Source of the DNA: Nitrososphaerales archaeon
Lineage (GTDB): Archaea > Thermoproteota > Nitrososphaeria > Nitrososphaerales > UBA213
Direction: 5' to 3'
Assembly (NCBI GenBank): GCA_965197925.1
Contig: CBDAOC010000020.1
Coordinates: 1,001,497-1,065,496 of the forward strand
Length of the DNA stretch: 64,000 bases
The notes beneath the pieces are model-generated. The model was not told the DNA's origin. It did not search any database and worked only from the letters and a program-made list of their open reading frames with translations. This document shows positions 11,901 through 19,938 of this stretch, in pieces. Within the stretch, counting starts at the first letter, position 1. Each line of letters starts with the position of its first letter. The translations under genes and the position numbers were made by a program.

Positions 11901-11947
11901 GTAAGAAAAAGACAAAAGAACTCAAAGAGACAAGTCTTAAGGTGTGA
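8912..11947 (+). CDS. mcrB: McrB-like AAA+ GTPase with several N-terminal DNA-reader domains
   Basis: Walker A GAPGTGKT, Walker B LIIDEFNR, McrB signature NTFD, SRRF; two EVE/PUA-like segments and a winged-helix-like segment. Confidence 0.9.
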   Translation: MIEMNQPNTKDEMLELIKNESIKKNYNFETLPGYLFKIVSNSLEIRGSIHETGKEDVKVKDKCWIGIWNPIWEFFDELGDRSKCFIIEIDHLQNNHVVIPVDRIPESALQPVGSGRGLSFILKRKNGSYQINRNESFSLTEYTNNLEKMYEALLQESVSATDSLCNEIVKLADPQKYLDSLNRDTITRWTEALKPLNAKSSDASYYEWISKLDLNTLTEIYEFIIHKEQTIENEIDISAIPRVDNLSGAAVVVMCGLRFLQRQVLGKANMNAHKYTVLKYQLQKALEEQSNYWVFVVTDHPKENLTTQQIYETRMKDKFWGLNERTPFRNVLRKGDRVIFSYGAKQFLGIAALASSSFELSNEQKTTLSHDNEYFKPDYGVTLTDIITWQTPKPIESIIDMLSFIKNKDQYHAYFQGGIKRISKEDYEIITGDSLVPKEEMKEESNWIKDLTQAFIELGGPGNFYRLSQIYETIVKIREQRSEGLPKNYEAMIRFYLETNSRGTGRDLFALKEKGSGYWMLKSSPSTQERGIWKVTPGKTAQYWNEFLSAGVIAIGWNELPDLSNVENKEELKKLFRETYPNRSDDEVNHQTAEIWNFVKEIKEDDIIVANKGITKIVGIGKVIGNYYHEPDFVYHHTIPVDWYDTKEKDIPPQAWQRTVMKLEEDKIKELGIITEVTVEEIYLRKPQNLAIRIQNVMEKLAVSRETLEDIVTNLLAGNHVILIGAPGTGKTELAKLLPKLFFDNSDSLDSETNYCDIVTANADWTTYDVIGGLKKVGNDLKTYKGCVVKAVEKCSRTKSHWLIIDEFNRADIDKAFGAMFTAMNHGFINHPWLNPDKEMEEGDVLVPANFRIITTMNTFDKNYLYTMSYGLSRRFAHIDVPVPPRDQEKKILDREVTERLKGFTREEVENILRSKFFVNAKEELLKVVYEIRSECGLQVGTAQVISTLTSIATYLLLGNENQTVDRAFLSNVVAIFEGQPDDMLEKIIGAVPWRESKKKTKELKETSLKV

Positions 11948-11951
11948 TAGT

Positions 11952-13307
11952 ATGAGTGAAGTGAAACCCCCTTTTACTCCCGAACAAAAAGACTATATGG
12001 TCAATAGATCCATTAATCTTCTTCTCTCTGACTTTGAAAAACCTGAAGCAACCCCTGAAATCGGCTATACTCTTGCCTCCGATCCCGACAAGATAAAAAC
12101 TGTTTTCAGTATGATGTTTCTACGGCAGTTTCTTTTTCTAACTAGAGAACTTTTGAATTCTGTAATCCCTCTGATATTAAGACGATTGGTTAGCCTGTCA
12201 CAACGAGTCGAACATGAGTATGAAGGGTTCATAAAGGGAAATGTGAACTGGCATAAAACGATTCTGGCACAGTTAGAAAAAGAGGGCGTGTTTGTTGTAA
12301 GGAAACCTACAAGAGAATTTTTGACTCCAGAGAATACACTACTAGCCTTGACACTTCGAGAAGTAAATATTCATACAGGAGATCTGATCAGTTTCTTTAA
12401 ACCAAACTTGATAGTCGAAAGAGAAAAACTTAGGAAGATAAAGTTAGTCTCACAAAAATATTACCAAAATATCTATTTGCAGTCTTGTGTTGAAAGAGCG
12501 ACCAAATTTCTTAATCTAGAAAGGAACTTTCTACGAAACAAACTTGCAAAGAATATGTCGAGTCACACTGAAAGATATCAGATGTTCTGTGATTACGCAG
12601 AGAAAGCAATCGTAAGACGCAGGATTGTCAATAAGAGTTACTTAGACTTGCTTGTATGGAGAAGGGCCTATGCTGATTTGGTAAATGGATTTGCATCACT
12701 GAGTAAGAAAGAGTTCTTGCAAAGAAAATGGGAAGACGACAGACTTTATGAAATATGGGCTTTCTGTGAAATACTTGCTAGTGCGAAACGTTGGAAAGTT
12801 AACGTCAAACCCTTCAGCGCTCTGTACCAGAGTCGAGGCAGACCTCTTTATTACCTGGGAACACTGGAAACAAATCCTGTATATTATAACACATCGCTTG
12901 AAATAGAAAGTAGTAAAGAAATTATTCCTGAACTGGAACTCCAACTACAACGACTTTTCGTACGAGGCAGCAGGCCAGATATGATCGTTGCTAATACGGT
13001 TTCGCCATATTCCTCTATAATTATCGACATGAAGAATTACCTTGACACTAAAGGAGATGCATATGTTAAAGTCCTTGGCTATATGAAGAACTATAACGTG
13101 CAGAATGGTGCAGTGGTTTATCCGGTCGATATTAAACATAAAGATTTGGTCAATCCTGTTGAAGAGTTGCCTAACTTTGTTCGTACCGAGGTTTTAAATG
13201 GGAATTTTATAGCATTAACATTGAAACCTGGAAGAGATTTCGAGAATATGAACAGTATTGGTCTCAAAAAGTTTACAGAATTTCTTGCTGATAAAGTGTT
13301 GAACTAG
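11952..13307 (+). CDS. mcrC: McrC-like PD-(D/E)xK nuclease
   Basis: ATG 4 bp after the mcrB stop; TPEN, LYEIWAF and RPD...IIDMKNY motifs. Confidence 0.82.
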   Translation: MSEVKPPFTPEQKDYMVNRSINLLLSDFEKPEATPEIGYTLASDPDKIKTVFSMMFLRQFLFLTRELLNSVIPLILRRLVSLSQRVEHEYEGFIKGNVNWHKTILAQLEKEGVFVVRKPTREFLTPENTLLALTLREVNIHTGDLISFFKPNLIVEREKLRKIKLVSQKYYQNIYLQSCVERATKFLNLERNFLRNKLAKNMSSHTERYQMFCDYAEKAIVRRRIVNKSYLDLLVWRRAYADLVNGFASLSKKEFLQRKWEDDRLYEIWAFCEILASAKRWKVNVKPFSALYQSRGRPLYYLGTLETNPVYYNTSLEIESSKEIIPELELQLQRLFVRGSRPDMIVANTVSPYSSIIIDMKNYLDTKGDAYVKVLGYMKNYNVQNGAVVYPVDIKHKDLVNPVEELPNFVRTEVLNGNFIALTLKPGRDFENMNSIGLKKFTEFLADKVLN

Positions 13308-13645
13308 GTTTCTATTTAAGGAGGCCTAGCGTTGGACTGAGGAACTTGACTAGAAAAGCCAAGAATTGTTTGTTTCTTGGTTCAGCGAATTTTGTAGATT
13401 CCTTCTGTTCCAGGGTGAACTCTGCTTATGAAGCATCAAATAGTGAAACAGTTTCTTTTCCCTACACAATACTCAGCCAAGTTCTGTATGTTGATCTTAG
13501 CAATTGTAATCTCTTCCATTCTTTGATACCAATCTAACTTTATAATCTGTGACAGAGAGTGATTTGTAATATTTTATGAAAAAATGGTAGAACGATTTCC
13601 CACAACTTTATTATCAAATAAGGAATTTTCCATATAATCTAATGC

Positions 13646-14254
13646 TTACTTAATTTTGCCTAGCTTATTAAGAGCTATATCTTTGTTATTCAATGCTTTA
13701 GCATCATCAGGATCTATAGCCAGAGCTTTATCAAAATACGTAATAGATTCCTCATAACTGCCTAATTGACCAAGAGATGTTCCCTTGTTATACAATGTAT
13801 AAGCATCGTTAGGATCTATATCCAGAGCTTTATCAAAATACGTAATAGCATCCTGAGATCTACCTAAACTATCAAGAGCTATACCTTTGTTATTCAATGC
13901 TTTAGCATCGTTAAGATCTTGTTCAAGAATGCGATCGTATCGTTCTATAGCTTTATCATATTTCTTAGCATAATAGTAAGAGTTCGCTTCCTTTAGAAGA
14001 TAATCTATATCAATAGGCAACTTTTGATTCAATTTCTCAAGTTCTGTTCTCAACCTCTGAATTTCTTTATCACGTTTCTCAAGTTCACTCAGAAATTCCT
14101 CAGAAACGTCTACTTGTTTGTCCGGAGTTATCTGGTTTTCAATTCCTTTTGCCGTCATCATGATTTTTTGATTTTCTATCACTTTGTATATCATCTGTTC
14201 TATTGTGTTAACATGGTTGTCAACACTACTAACACCTTGAGCAACTTCCGTCAC
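13646..14254 (-). CDS. Tetratricopeptide-repeat protein, possibly 5'-truncated
   Basis: ALNNKG/YFDKAL repeats; DNA-level repeat with 102-bp period (13720 vs 13822). Confidence 0.85.
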   Translation of the reverse strand: MTEVAQGVSSVDNHVNTIEQMIYKVIENQKIMMTAKGIENQITPDKQVDVSEEFLSELEKRDKEIQRLRTELEKLNQKLPIDIDYLLKEANSYYYAKKYDKAIERYDRILEQDLNDAKALNNKGIALDSLGRSQDAITYFDKALDIDPNDAYTLYNKGTSLGQLGSYEESITYFDKALAIDPDDAKALNNKDIALNKLGKIK

Positions 14255-14589
14255 ACCTTTTCTAATATCCTTCCTTTCCTCCTTAGCTAACTGTAATTCA
14301 TCGAGTATTCTAGAACTGAAAGTAACAATTCAGTTTTGGTAAAGAATGTGTGTAAGAACTGTAGTACCGAGAACGCAATTTACTGGCAAAAAACAAACGC
14401 TTAATCTACAAGATGAAGAGTTCTAGTTTGTGATGTTTACTAGTAAGCCAATTTACCAATGAAGCATATACTGCATTTTGGACTAGAACTATGCAAGCGT
14501 GGTCTTAAATACTCACGCACAAAATTTGATTAACAATTATTTTATGCGAGTTTCACAATTAATTTGAACATGGCAAAATTATCTGAAGA

Positions 14590-14673
14590 CATCATTCTAT
14601 GCATATTGTAAGCAATTACCCTAATGTTAATTCCCTGCTCTGCATCTTAACAAGTCTTGATGTTACATGCTCT
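14590..14673 (-). mobile_element. Remnant of the 3' part of an older IS type B copy
   Basis: Reverse complement matches ~15515-15595 of the adjacent IS; also matches 49165-49235. Confidence 0.75.
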
Positions 14674-14674
14674 C

Positions 14675-15623
14675 GGCTCTGTAGAAACCATGGATTTTAG
14701 CCCATTGTATATCGAATTGCACCATTGGATCAATGTGTTACGTGCCATGCATCCTATGCATGAAAGAGTCTAGATATGTCAAACTTGCCAAAACTATGTT
14801 GAATGTGGTAATGAAGGCCAGAATTCCTCCATACATGCACAGGAAGGGCAACCACATCCATACGGTCTGGCAGCATACCATCCTGCTGGCATTCAGGCAG
14901 CATGAAGGGAAGAGCTGCAGAAGGTTTGTGGAATGGTTGCATGAAGCATGTCATCCCGGAATGTTTATGCAGCTAGGCAGGGTGCCACATTATACAACGC
15001 TCCAGAAGTTTGCCTCAGGAATCAATGGCACCCTGCTGTACAGAATGGCATCCTCATTCATACTTCTCACCAAGATTAGAAAATTGTTGGTAGGAATAGA
15101 CGCTTCCGGATTCAGATCCAGCAATGCATCATCATACTATACGGATAGAACAGGGATAAGGAAGAAGTACATCAAGCTATCGATAGGTGCTGAATTAAGA
15201 GAGCAATAGCTGTATTGAAGATAAAAAGCACCTAAACACGATACCATAAATTTAAACACATTATGGAAAGAGCATCAAACATAATGCCACTCTAAAGTTG
15301 TAGCAGACAAGGGTTATGATAGCGAAGCAAATCATGAATTTGTACGAGAACTTGATGCTGTCAGTATAATACCAGCTAGATATGAAGATGTTCCAATATG
15401 GAGAACGCATGGAAGATATAGGAAGCAAATGAAGAGGAAGTTCTATACACATCTATACTATCAAAGAAACAAGAATGAGACTGTCTGTGGTAAAGAGGAT
15501 GTTTGGTGACCATATAGCATCAAGAATGGTGAAGATGCAGAACAGGGAATTAACATTTAGGGTAATTGCTTACAATATGCACAGAATGACTGACCGTCTA
15601 TATAGTATGGTTTCTACAGAGCT
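14675..15623 (+). mobile_element. IS type B (IS5-like DDE transposase), disrupted
   Basis: TIR GCTCTGTAGAAACCAT at both ends; PHYTTL, IDASGF and ADKGYD motifs; internal stop and frameshifts. Confidence 0.88.
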
Positions 15624-15638
15624 GATATTTCCTTGCAT

Positions 15639-16970
15639 CTACTCCCTCAAATGAGGTGCGGAACCATTGTGGTAATATCCTATAGCGCACCGCATGCTGC
15701 AAAAGTAATCGTAGTTCTCGTCCTTAATTTCTGGTGGATTGTGATAGTAACAAACGTCCTGCATGAGTATGGCCTCTGCAGTTGTGCGTGCGTACACCTT
15801 CAACAGCGTGTTGACATCATCCCATCCCATTGATGCTACAAGGGTTGCATTACTTGCGGTCCTCCGCATCGCTGCATGCGCCCCGCTGTGCCTTAACACG
15901 TATACGGGCTTGTTTGCCCAGTACCATTCATCCGTTCCTTTGGGATAATTCCACTTTTGGTGCATGCCATTGTGCTCGTCGTAATGCGCCCTGTCAATTT
16001 TGCCCAGGGATATGTAATAATCACTCAGTGCAGATGCAAGCTCGCTCTCCAGTGCAATGACACGGGCATTACTGCCAACGTCGTTAGTACAGAACGTTGC
16101 ACCGTGCTTCACACGCTTGATTATTTCAATCACCTTGGGATGTATTGCCATCTTGTCAAAGGCACGATCTGTCTTGGACTCGTATAACGACATGATTGCG
16201 TACTCACCATGAACGCCCTTGGCATCGATTGGTCTGATCTCGAATTTGTTCACCATCGTGATTCCCGTCTTGGTCCTGGGAAAGACCTCGTGCAGCACTC
16301 CAAATAATTCCTCAAAGCCATAACCACGCATGAACTTGAGCCCCCGTTCAAACTCCCTGTCCGTAAGCTTCACGTTGGCATATGCACCAAAACGCTTCTT
16401 CTTGCCTGACATGATGCCCGTGATGCCACGTGGAATGGCAATGCCATTCCTAATCATGAAATTACGGGTTGATGATGTGTAACGTGTTATCTCCCTGGAA
16501 CTGAAATCGATGTTATTGAGTTGACGTGCGTACCTTGCCTCGCCTGCCTTGAGCCTTCTTTCAAACTCCTTTAGCAGGGCAACGCTTGTGTCAATATCCT
16601 GGAGAAGTGCGTCAGGGTGAATGTTCAGCGTGTTGCATACGACGTTCAGGCCTTGTATCATATGATTAACCGATACCGCTGGCTGCCCATTCTTTCCAGC
16701 GGTCATCAAGTCGTTGAACCATTTCTGGACTGATGGAATTTGTAAAAATTCAGACCTTGCCATTTCTGCATATTGTACCTGCTTCCTGTCCTGTTCTGAC
16801 CTGAGTAGATGACCAGTATTGGGGTCTTTTTGAAGTTTCCCAGCCTTGACTAATTTATTCCATTCTAACCATACCCATTGTTCTGAACGATTCATAAGGG
16901 AGGCAATTTCACTCCTGCTCTTTGATGAGATGCCTTTGGACTTGTTGCCGATTGTATGCTCATATACCAT
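15639..16970 (-). CDS. Divergent tyrosine recombinase/integrase with N-terminal HTH and C-terminal Cys/His cluster
   Basis: Catalytic residues in order: R (FPRT), K (ESKT), YVLRH, MGW, Y (KVYA); C-terminal CYYH...FCSMRC. Confidence 0.75.
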   Translation of the reverse strand: MVYEHTIGNKSKGISSKSRSEIASLMNRSEQWVWLEWNKLVKAGKLQKDPNTGHLLRSEQDRKQVQYAEMARSEFLQIPSVQKWFNDLMTAGKNGQPAVSVNHMIQGLNVVCNTLNIHPDALLQDIDTSVALLKEFERRLKAGEARYARQLNNIDFSSREITRYTSSTRNFMIRNGIAIPRGITGIMSGKKKRFGAYANVKLTDREFERGLKFMRGYGFEELFGVLHEVFPRTKTGITMVNKFEIRPIDAKGVHGEYAIMSLYESKTDRAFDKMAIHPKVIEIIKRVKHGATFCTNDVGSNARVIALESELASALSDYYISLGKIDRAHYDEHNGMHQKWNYPKGTDEWYWANKPVYVLRHSGAHAAMRRTASNATLVASMGWDDVNTLLKVYARTTAEAILMQDVCYYHNPPEIKDENYDYFCSMRCAIGYYHNGSAPHLRE

Positions 16971-17035
16971 CTGGGTTAGTTGCTGTTGATCTTCCTCGCC
17001 ACCGGCACGGTTCTTCTGCCAGGAGAATCTAGTTC

Positions 17036-17179
17036 TTATGTTCCCTCACCTTGACGGCATTCCATGCACAAAAATTCACGATCGGCTGGATTCGAGCAGT
17101 CACACCTCTCTATCGTGCTGTGAAAGTTGCATCCAGTGCATCTTATCTCATGTTCATGTGTTAATACATTGGTAGTCAT
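17036..17179 (-). CDS. 47-aa Cys-rich zinc-finger microprotein (absent from ORF track)
   Basis: MTTNVLTHEHEIRCTGCNFHSTIERCDCSNPADREFLCMECRQGEGT; start overlaps the upstream stop (ATGA). Confidence 0.7.
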   Translation of the reverse strand: MTTNVLTHEHEIRCTGCNFHSTIERCDCSNPADREFLCMECRQGEGT

Positions 17180-17331
17180 GCTTCGGCCTCAAGATTTTCG
17201 AGTTTTTCACGTAAGGCTAAATCGATGAATTGAGTTGGATTGGACATTGTAGGATCTATGTTTCTATCTACAATTGATTCTATTTTTTCTAATATAGCTG
17301 TTCGAACTTGTACACCACTCCATTTTTTCAT
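17176..17331 (-). CDS. 51-aa ribbon-helix-helix regulator (absent from ORF track)
   Basis: MKKWSGVQVRTAILEKIESIVDRNIDPTMSNPTQFIDLALREKLENLEAEA; similar to the N-terminus of the divergent gene. Confidence 0.8.
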   Translation of the reverse strand: MKKWSGVQVRTAILEKIESIVDRNIDPTMSNPTQFIDLALREKLENLEAEA

Positions 17332-17382
17332 ACGATAACCTTATCGTACTCCATATATAAATTGTACGCTAAATTTATCATA
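17331..17382. promoter_or_regulatory. Two operator-like palindromes flanking a TATA box
   Basis: TACGATAA-CC-TTATCGTA (17331-17348) and TACGCTAA-AT-TTATCATA (17365-17382) around TTTATATA on the minus strand. Confidence 0.65.
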
Positions 17383-17431
17383 AATAATTTACAGCTAAAC
17401 AAATATACAAATTTTGTGAGAAGATTATGAT

Positions 17432-17818
17432 ATGGTAAAAAGCGATTGGAGGACAGTAAATGTGAAAAAATCTCTACTTGAACAAATTGAAAAAATACTA
17501 TACAGTGATGAAGTAAAAAAAGAAGGCATCACAAATATGTCCCAATTTATAGATTCGGCATTAAAGGAAAAAATCGAAGACATAGAACAAAAACGCATGA
17601 ATCATCTCAACATGTATGATGACCACATAAAAATTATGGACAACAATCTTGGCAAAATAGGCAGAATCGTATCTGTATACTTTAAAAAAGGAAATAAGCC
17701 GTGGTGTGATTACTGTGAGGAATCAGATTGCATCCATGTCCAGTACGCATGGGAGATTGCAGACGTGCGAAAGATTCTGGAAAAACATAGATTTAGTCCT
17801 CCTCCGTCAAGGGTATAG
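17432..17818 (+). CDS. RHH regulator with C-terminal SWIM-like Zn site
   Basis: WRTVNV...SQFIDSALKEKIE RHH pattern; CDYC-x4-CIH. Confidence 0.75.
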   Translation: MVKSDWRTVNVKKSLLEQIEKILYSDEVKKEGITNMSQFIDSALKEKIEDIEQKRMNHLNMYDDHIKIMDNNLGKIGRIVSVYFKKGNKPWCDYCEESDCIHVQYAWEIADVRKILEKHRFSPPPSRV

Positions 17819-17855
17819 TTATTGAAAATAAGATACCTAATGCTGGAATGATATA

Positions 17856-18248
17856 TTAAAGAAAGAATCTATAGCGTTGATATGTTGTCATGGGCATAAG
17901 CCAAGGTTTCATGTCGTAAAAGGTTCTGCATCCAGAGTGCGATGATCTTGATTGGAATCTTGTAAGTAGTTCTATTGTGACAGAAATGTTGTCCTCCGGG
18001 AACAGAAGGAACCTTTCCGCCTGCCGCTTGTACTGTCTTGCAGCGATGTTCAGGATGCTTATCAGCCACTTCTTATTTTTTTTGTATAGTCTGATCCTGT
18101 TTAAACAGCACATGCATTTGTGTTCGGTTACTCTGGCATAATGCCCGCAATTCTCACAGAATATTATATGTCTTCTATGGTCCTTGAGGCTTGATTTGAA
18201 TTTTCTGCAGTCGACCTGGATACTTATTCCTGCCCACCCTTGGGGCAA
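17856..18248 (-). pseudogene. Zn-ribbon protein, probably frameshifted near its 3' end
   Basis: CENC...KCMCC; a plausible C-terminus continues in the overlapping frame 17869..18069. Confidence 0.45.
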
Positions 18249-18581
18249 ACATCTTATTGATGCCCTTCTTGCCCTTTACATCATCGTACTCATAGCGCAC
18301 CTTGGTCTGTGTCAGCTCCTTTATCAAGGCACCATTGATTGACCTGGTCGCCGTTAGTGACCTGATGAACAGGTTGTAATAATCTCTTGCAAGGTGCCTT
18401 AGTTTCGGTGGCAATGCGTGAGCCAGTAACGGTATGTGCTCTATCTCAAAAACCGCCAGGGGAGGGCATCTGTGCTTATCATAGAGGAGTAGAGTTGCCT
18501 CATGGGATCTGGGTAGTAGCTATCGCCCTGCCTGTTGCTGTTGCTCTCCTGTATGAGTTCCATCAGCCTATCGCTGGACAA
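18175..18581 (-). pseudogene. Hypothetical element protein split by a frameshift near 18460
   Basis: TTG at 18581 directly after the repeated 38-bp motif; joins ORF 18175..18414 in another frame. Confidence 0.45.
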
Positions 18582-18672
18582 TGGTTGGTGTTATGCAGCA
18601 TGTGGTTATGACGTTGAATTTTTCAGTTGGGCAATCGCCCTGTTAATGGTTCAGGTTCCAATGTGCGCATGT

Positions 18673-19167
18673 TCACATGGCATCAAGCCATTTTTTACCC
18701 TCAACCTCGAAAGGGTCATTATTGATGGTAGTTGCGTTACGTCCTACAGGATGACCATAACCATAAAGCAGGCCGTCCGATGGTGGTGGATAGTTTCTCA
18801 TAGTCTTACGCTTGCTTTTACTTTTACTCTTACCCTTCTTCTTCGTCTTCTTCATCTTCTTCGTCTTCTTCACCTCTACCCTGTATGGTGCAAATGGATT
18901 CCTATTGGAGTCTGTCGCTTTCGCAATACGGTTAATTTCTTGTAGTTCACCGACCACACGACCTATTGGTGACTGTCTTGGATAAGTCCTCAAGGATTCT
19001 TTCTTTGCGGCTTCCCCTGCCCTCTTCGCAACTTCTTTCTTCATTTGCTTGGCCTTCGCTTCCTCATAAATGGCGTCAAGTTCCTTCTTGGTCTTGTATT
19101 TTAAAGCCTGCTTTTCCTTGTATTTTTTCGTGATGCTGCTTATCCTGTCTCTTATTCCTGCGGGCAA
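18673..19167 (-). CDS. Highly basic Lys-rich protein, candidate DNA-condensing protein
   Basis: KKTKKMKKTKKKGKSKSKSKRK tract; preceded by the repeated 38-bp motif. Confidence 0.65.
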   Translation of the reverse strand: MPAGIRDRISSITKKYKEKQALKYKTKKELDAIYEEAKAKQMKKEVAKRAGEAAKKESLRTYPRQSPIGRVVGELQEINRIAKATDSNRNPFAPYRVEVKKTKKMKKTKKKGKSKSKSKRKTMRNYPPPSDGLLYGYGHPVGRNATTINNDPFEVEGKKWLDAM

Positions 19168-19440
19168 TGGTTGGTGTTATGCAACGTATGGTTATAATGT
19201 TGTAATTTGGAAGCCTTGCCCTCCTCGCTATCCCTGCCTGGTGGTTTGGGTAGTTCGCACCGTGTTGGTTTTGGTAGGACGCTGTTTATTGCGTTGATGT
19301 ATAACATTATATCATACACCTTGTCCTGCTGGATGGCAGATACTATGCCCTGCCTGTACTGTTGTAGTGTCGTTGTAAGTATCCGTAGTAGGCCTGTGTT
19401 AGGTCGGTAGTAGTAGGGAGGGTGGTCAATGATGTTGAAA

Positions 19441-19740
19441 GCATTAAAACATACTATATATATTATAAGCACTTCGTTCCTTCGTATCCACTGGCTACCC
19501 CCCCGAAAAATGTTAGTGTTACTTAACTTTTTATTTTATGTTAACTCTCCAGAACAGTTAATATCCCTAAATTTAGTTGTAGCGTTGTAAGTACAACGGT
19601 TTACGCATTAAAACATACTATATATATTATAAGCACTTCGTTCCTTCGTATCCACTGGCTACCCCCCCGAAAAATGTTAGTGTTACTTAACTTTTTATTT
19701 TATGTTAACTCTCCAGAACAGTTAATATCCCTAAATTTAG
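19441..19740. repeat. Perfect 136-bp direct repeat (19441-19576, 19605-19740) with 28-bp spacer
   Basis: Both copies read identically; spacer contains CGTTGTA-AG-TACAACG. Confidence 0.95.
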
Positions 19741-19810
19741 GTAGCACAACTTTACGTAAAGGTGCGCTACCTAGTGCGCACTTTTTTGATAAAGGTGCGC
19801 TACCTAGGTA
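19738..19810. repeat. 36-bp near-palindrome plus 18-bp direct repeat
   Basis: TAGGTAGCACAACTTTAC|GTAAAGGTGCGCTACCTA (16/18 arm match); TAAAGGTGCGCTACCTAG at 19757 and 19790. Confidence 0.9.
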
Positions 19811-19938
19811 CTCTACCTAATTTCAAAAACTGTGTTAGTTTATGTCCTATTTTATGGTAAACATAAAATAACACGCCTATCATCCCCGATATTAACACTT
19901 CTAGAACTAATTTATAACTTAGAAGTACAAAATATGTT

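Larger units (their letters stand above)
15624..19825. mobile_element. Small integrase-bearing element (cryptic plasmid or provirus remnant)
   Basis: Integrase, RHH regulators, Zn-finger and basic ORFs, higher GC than flanks, repeat-rich right end; boundaries approximate. Confidence 0.65.

Noticed and set aside
11880..11951. Longer McrC start overlapping mcrB
   Set aside because: ATG at 11952 just after the mcrB stop is the more plausible coupled start
18579..19202. DGR template/variable repeat pair
   Set aside because: Only 38 bp, mismatches are not confined to adenines of one copy, and no reverse transcriptase is present
19441..19740. Repeat-spacer-repeat as a CRISPR mini-array
   Set aside because: 136-bp units are far too long, there are only two copies, and no cas genes are adjacent
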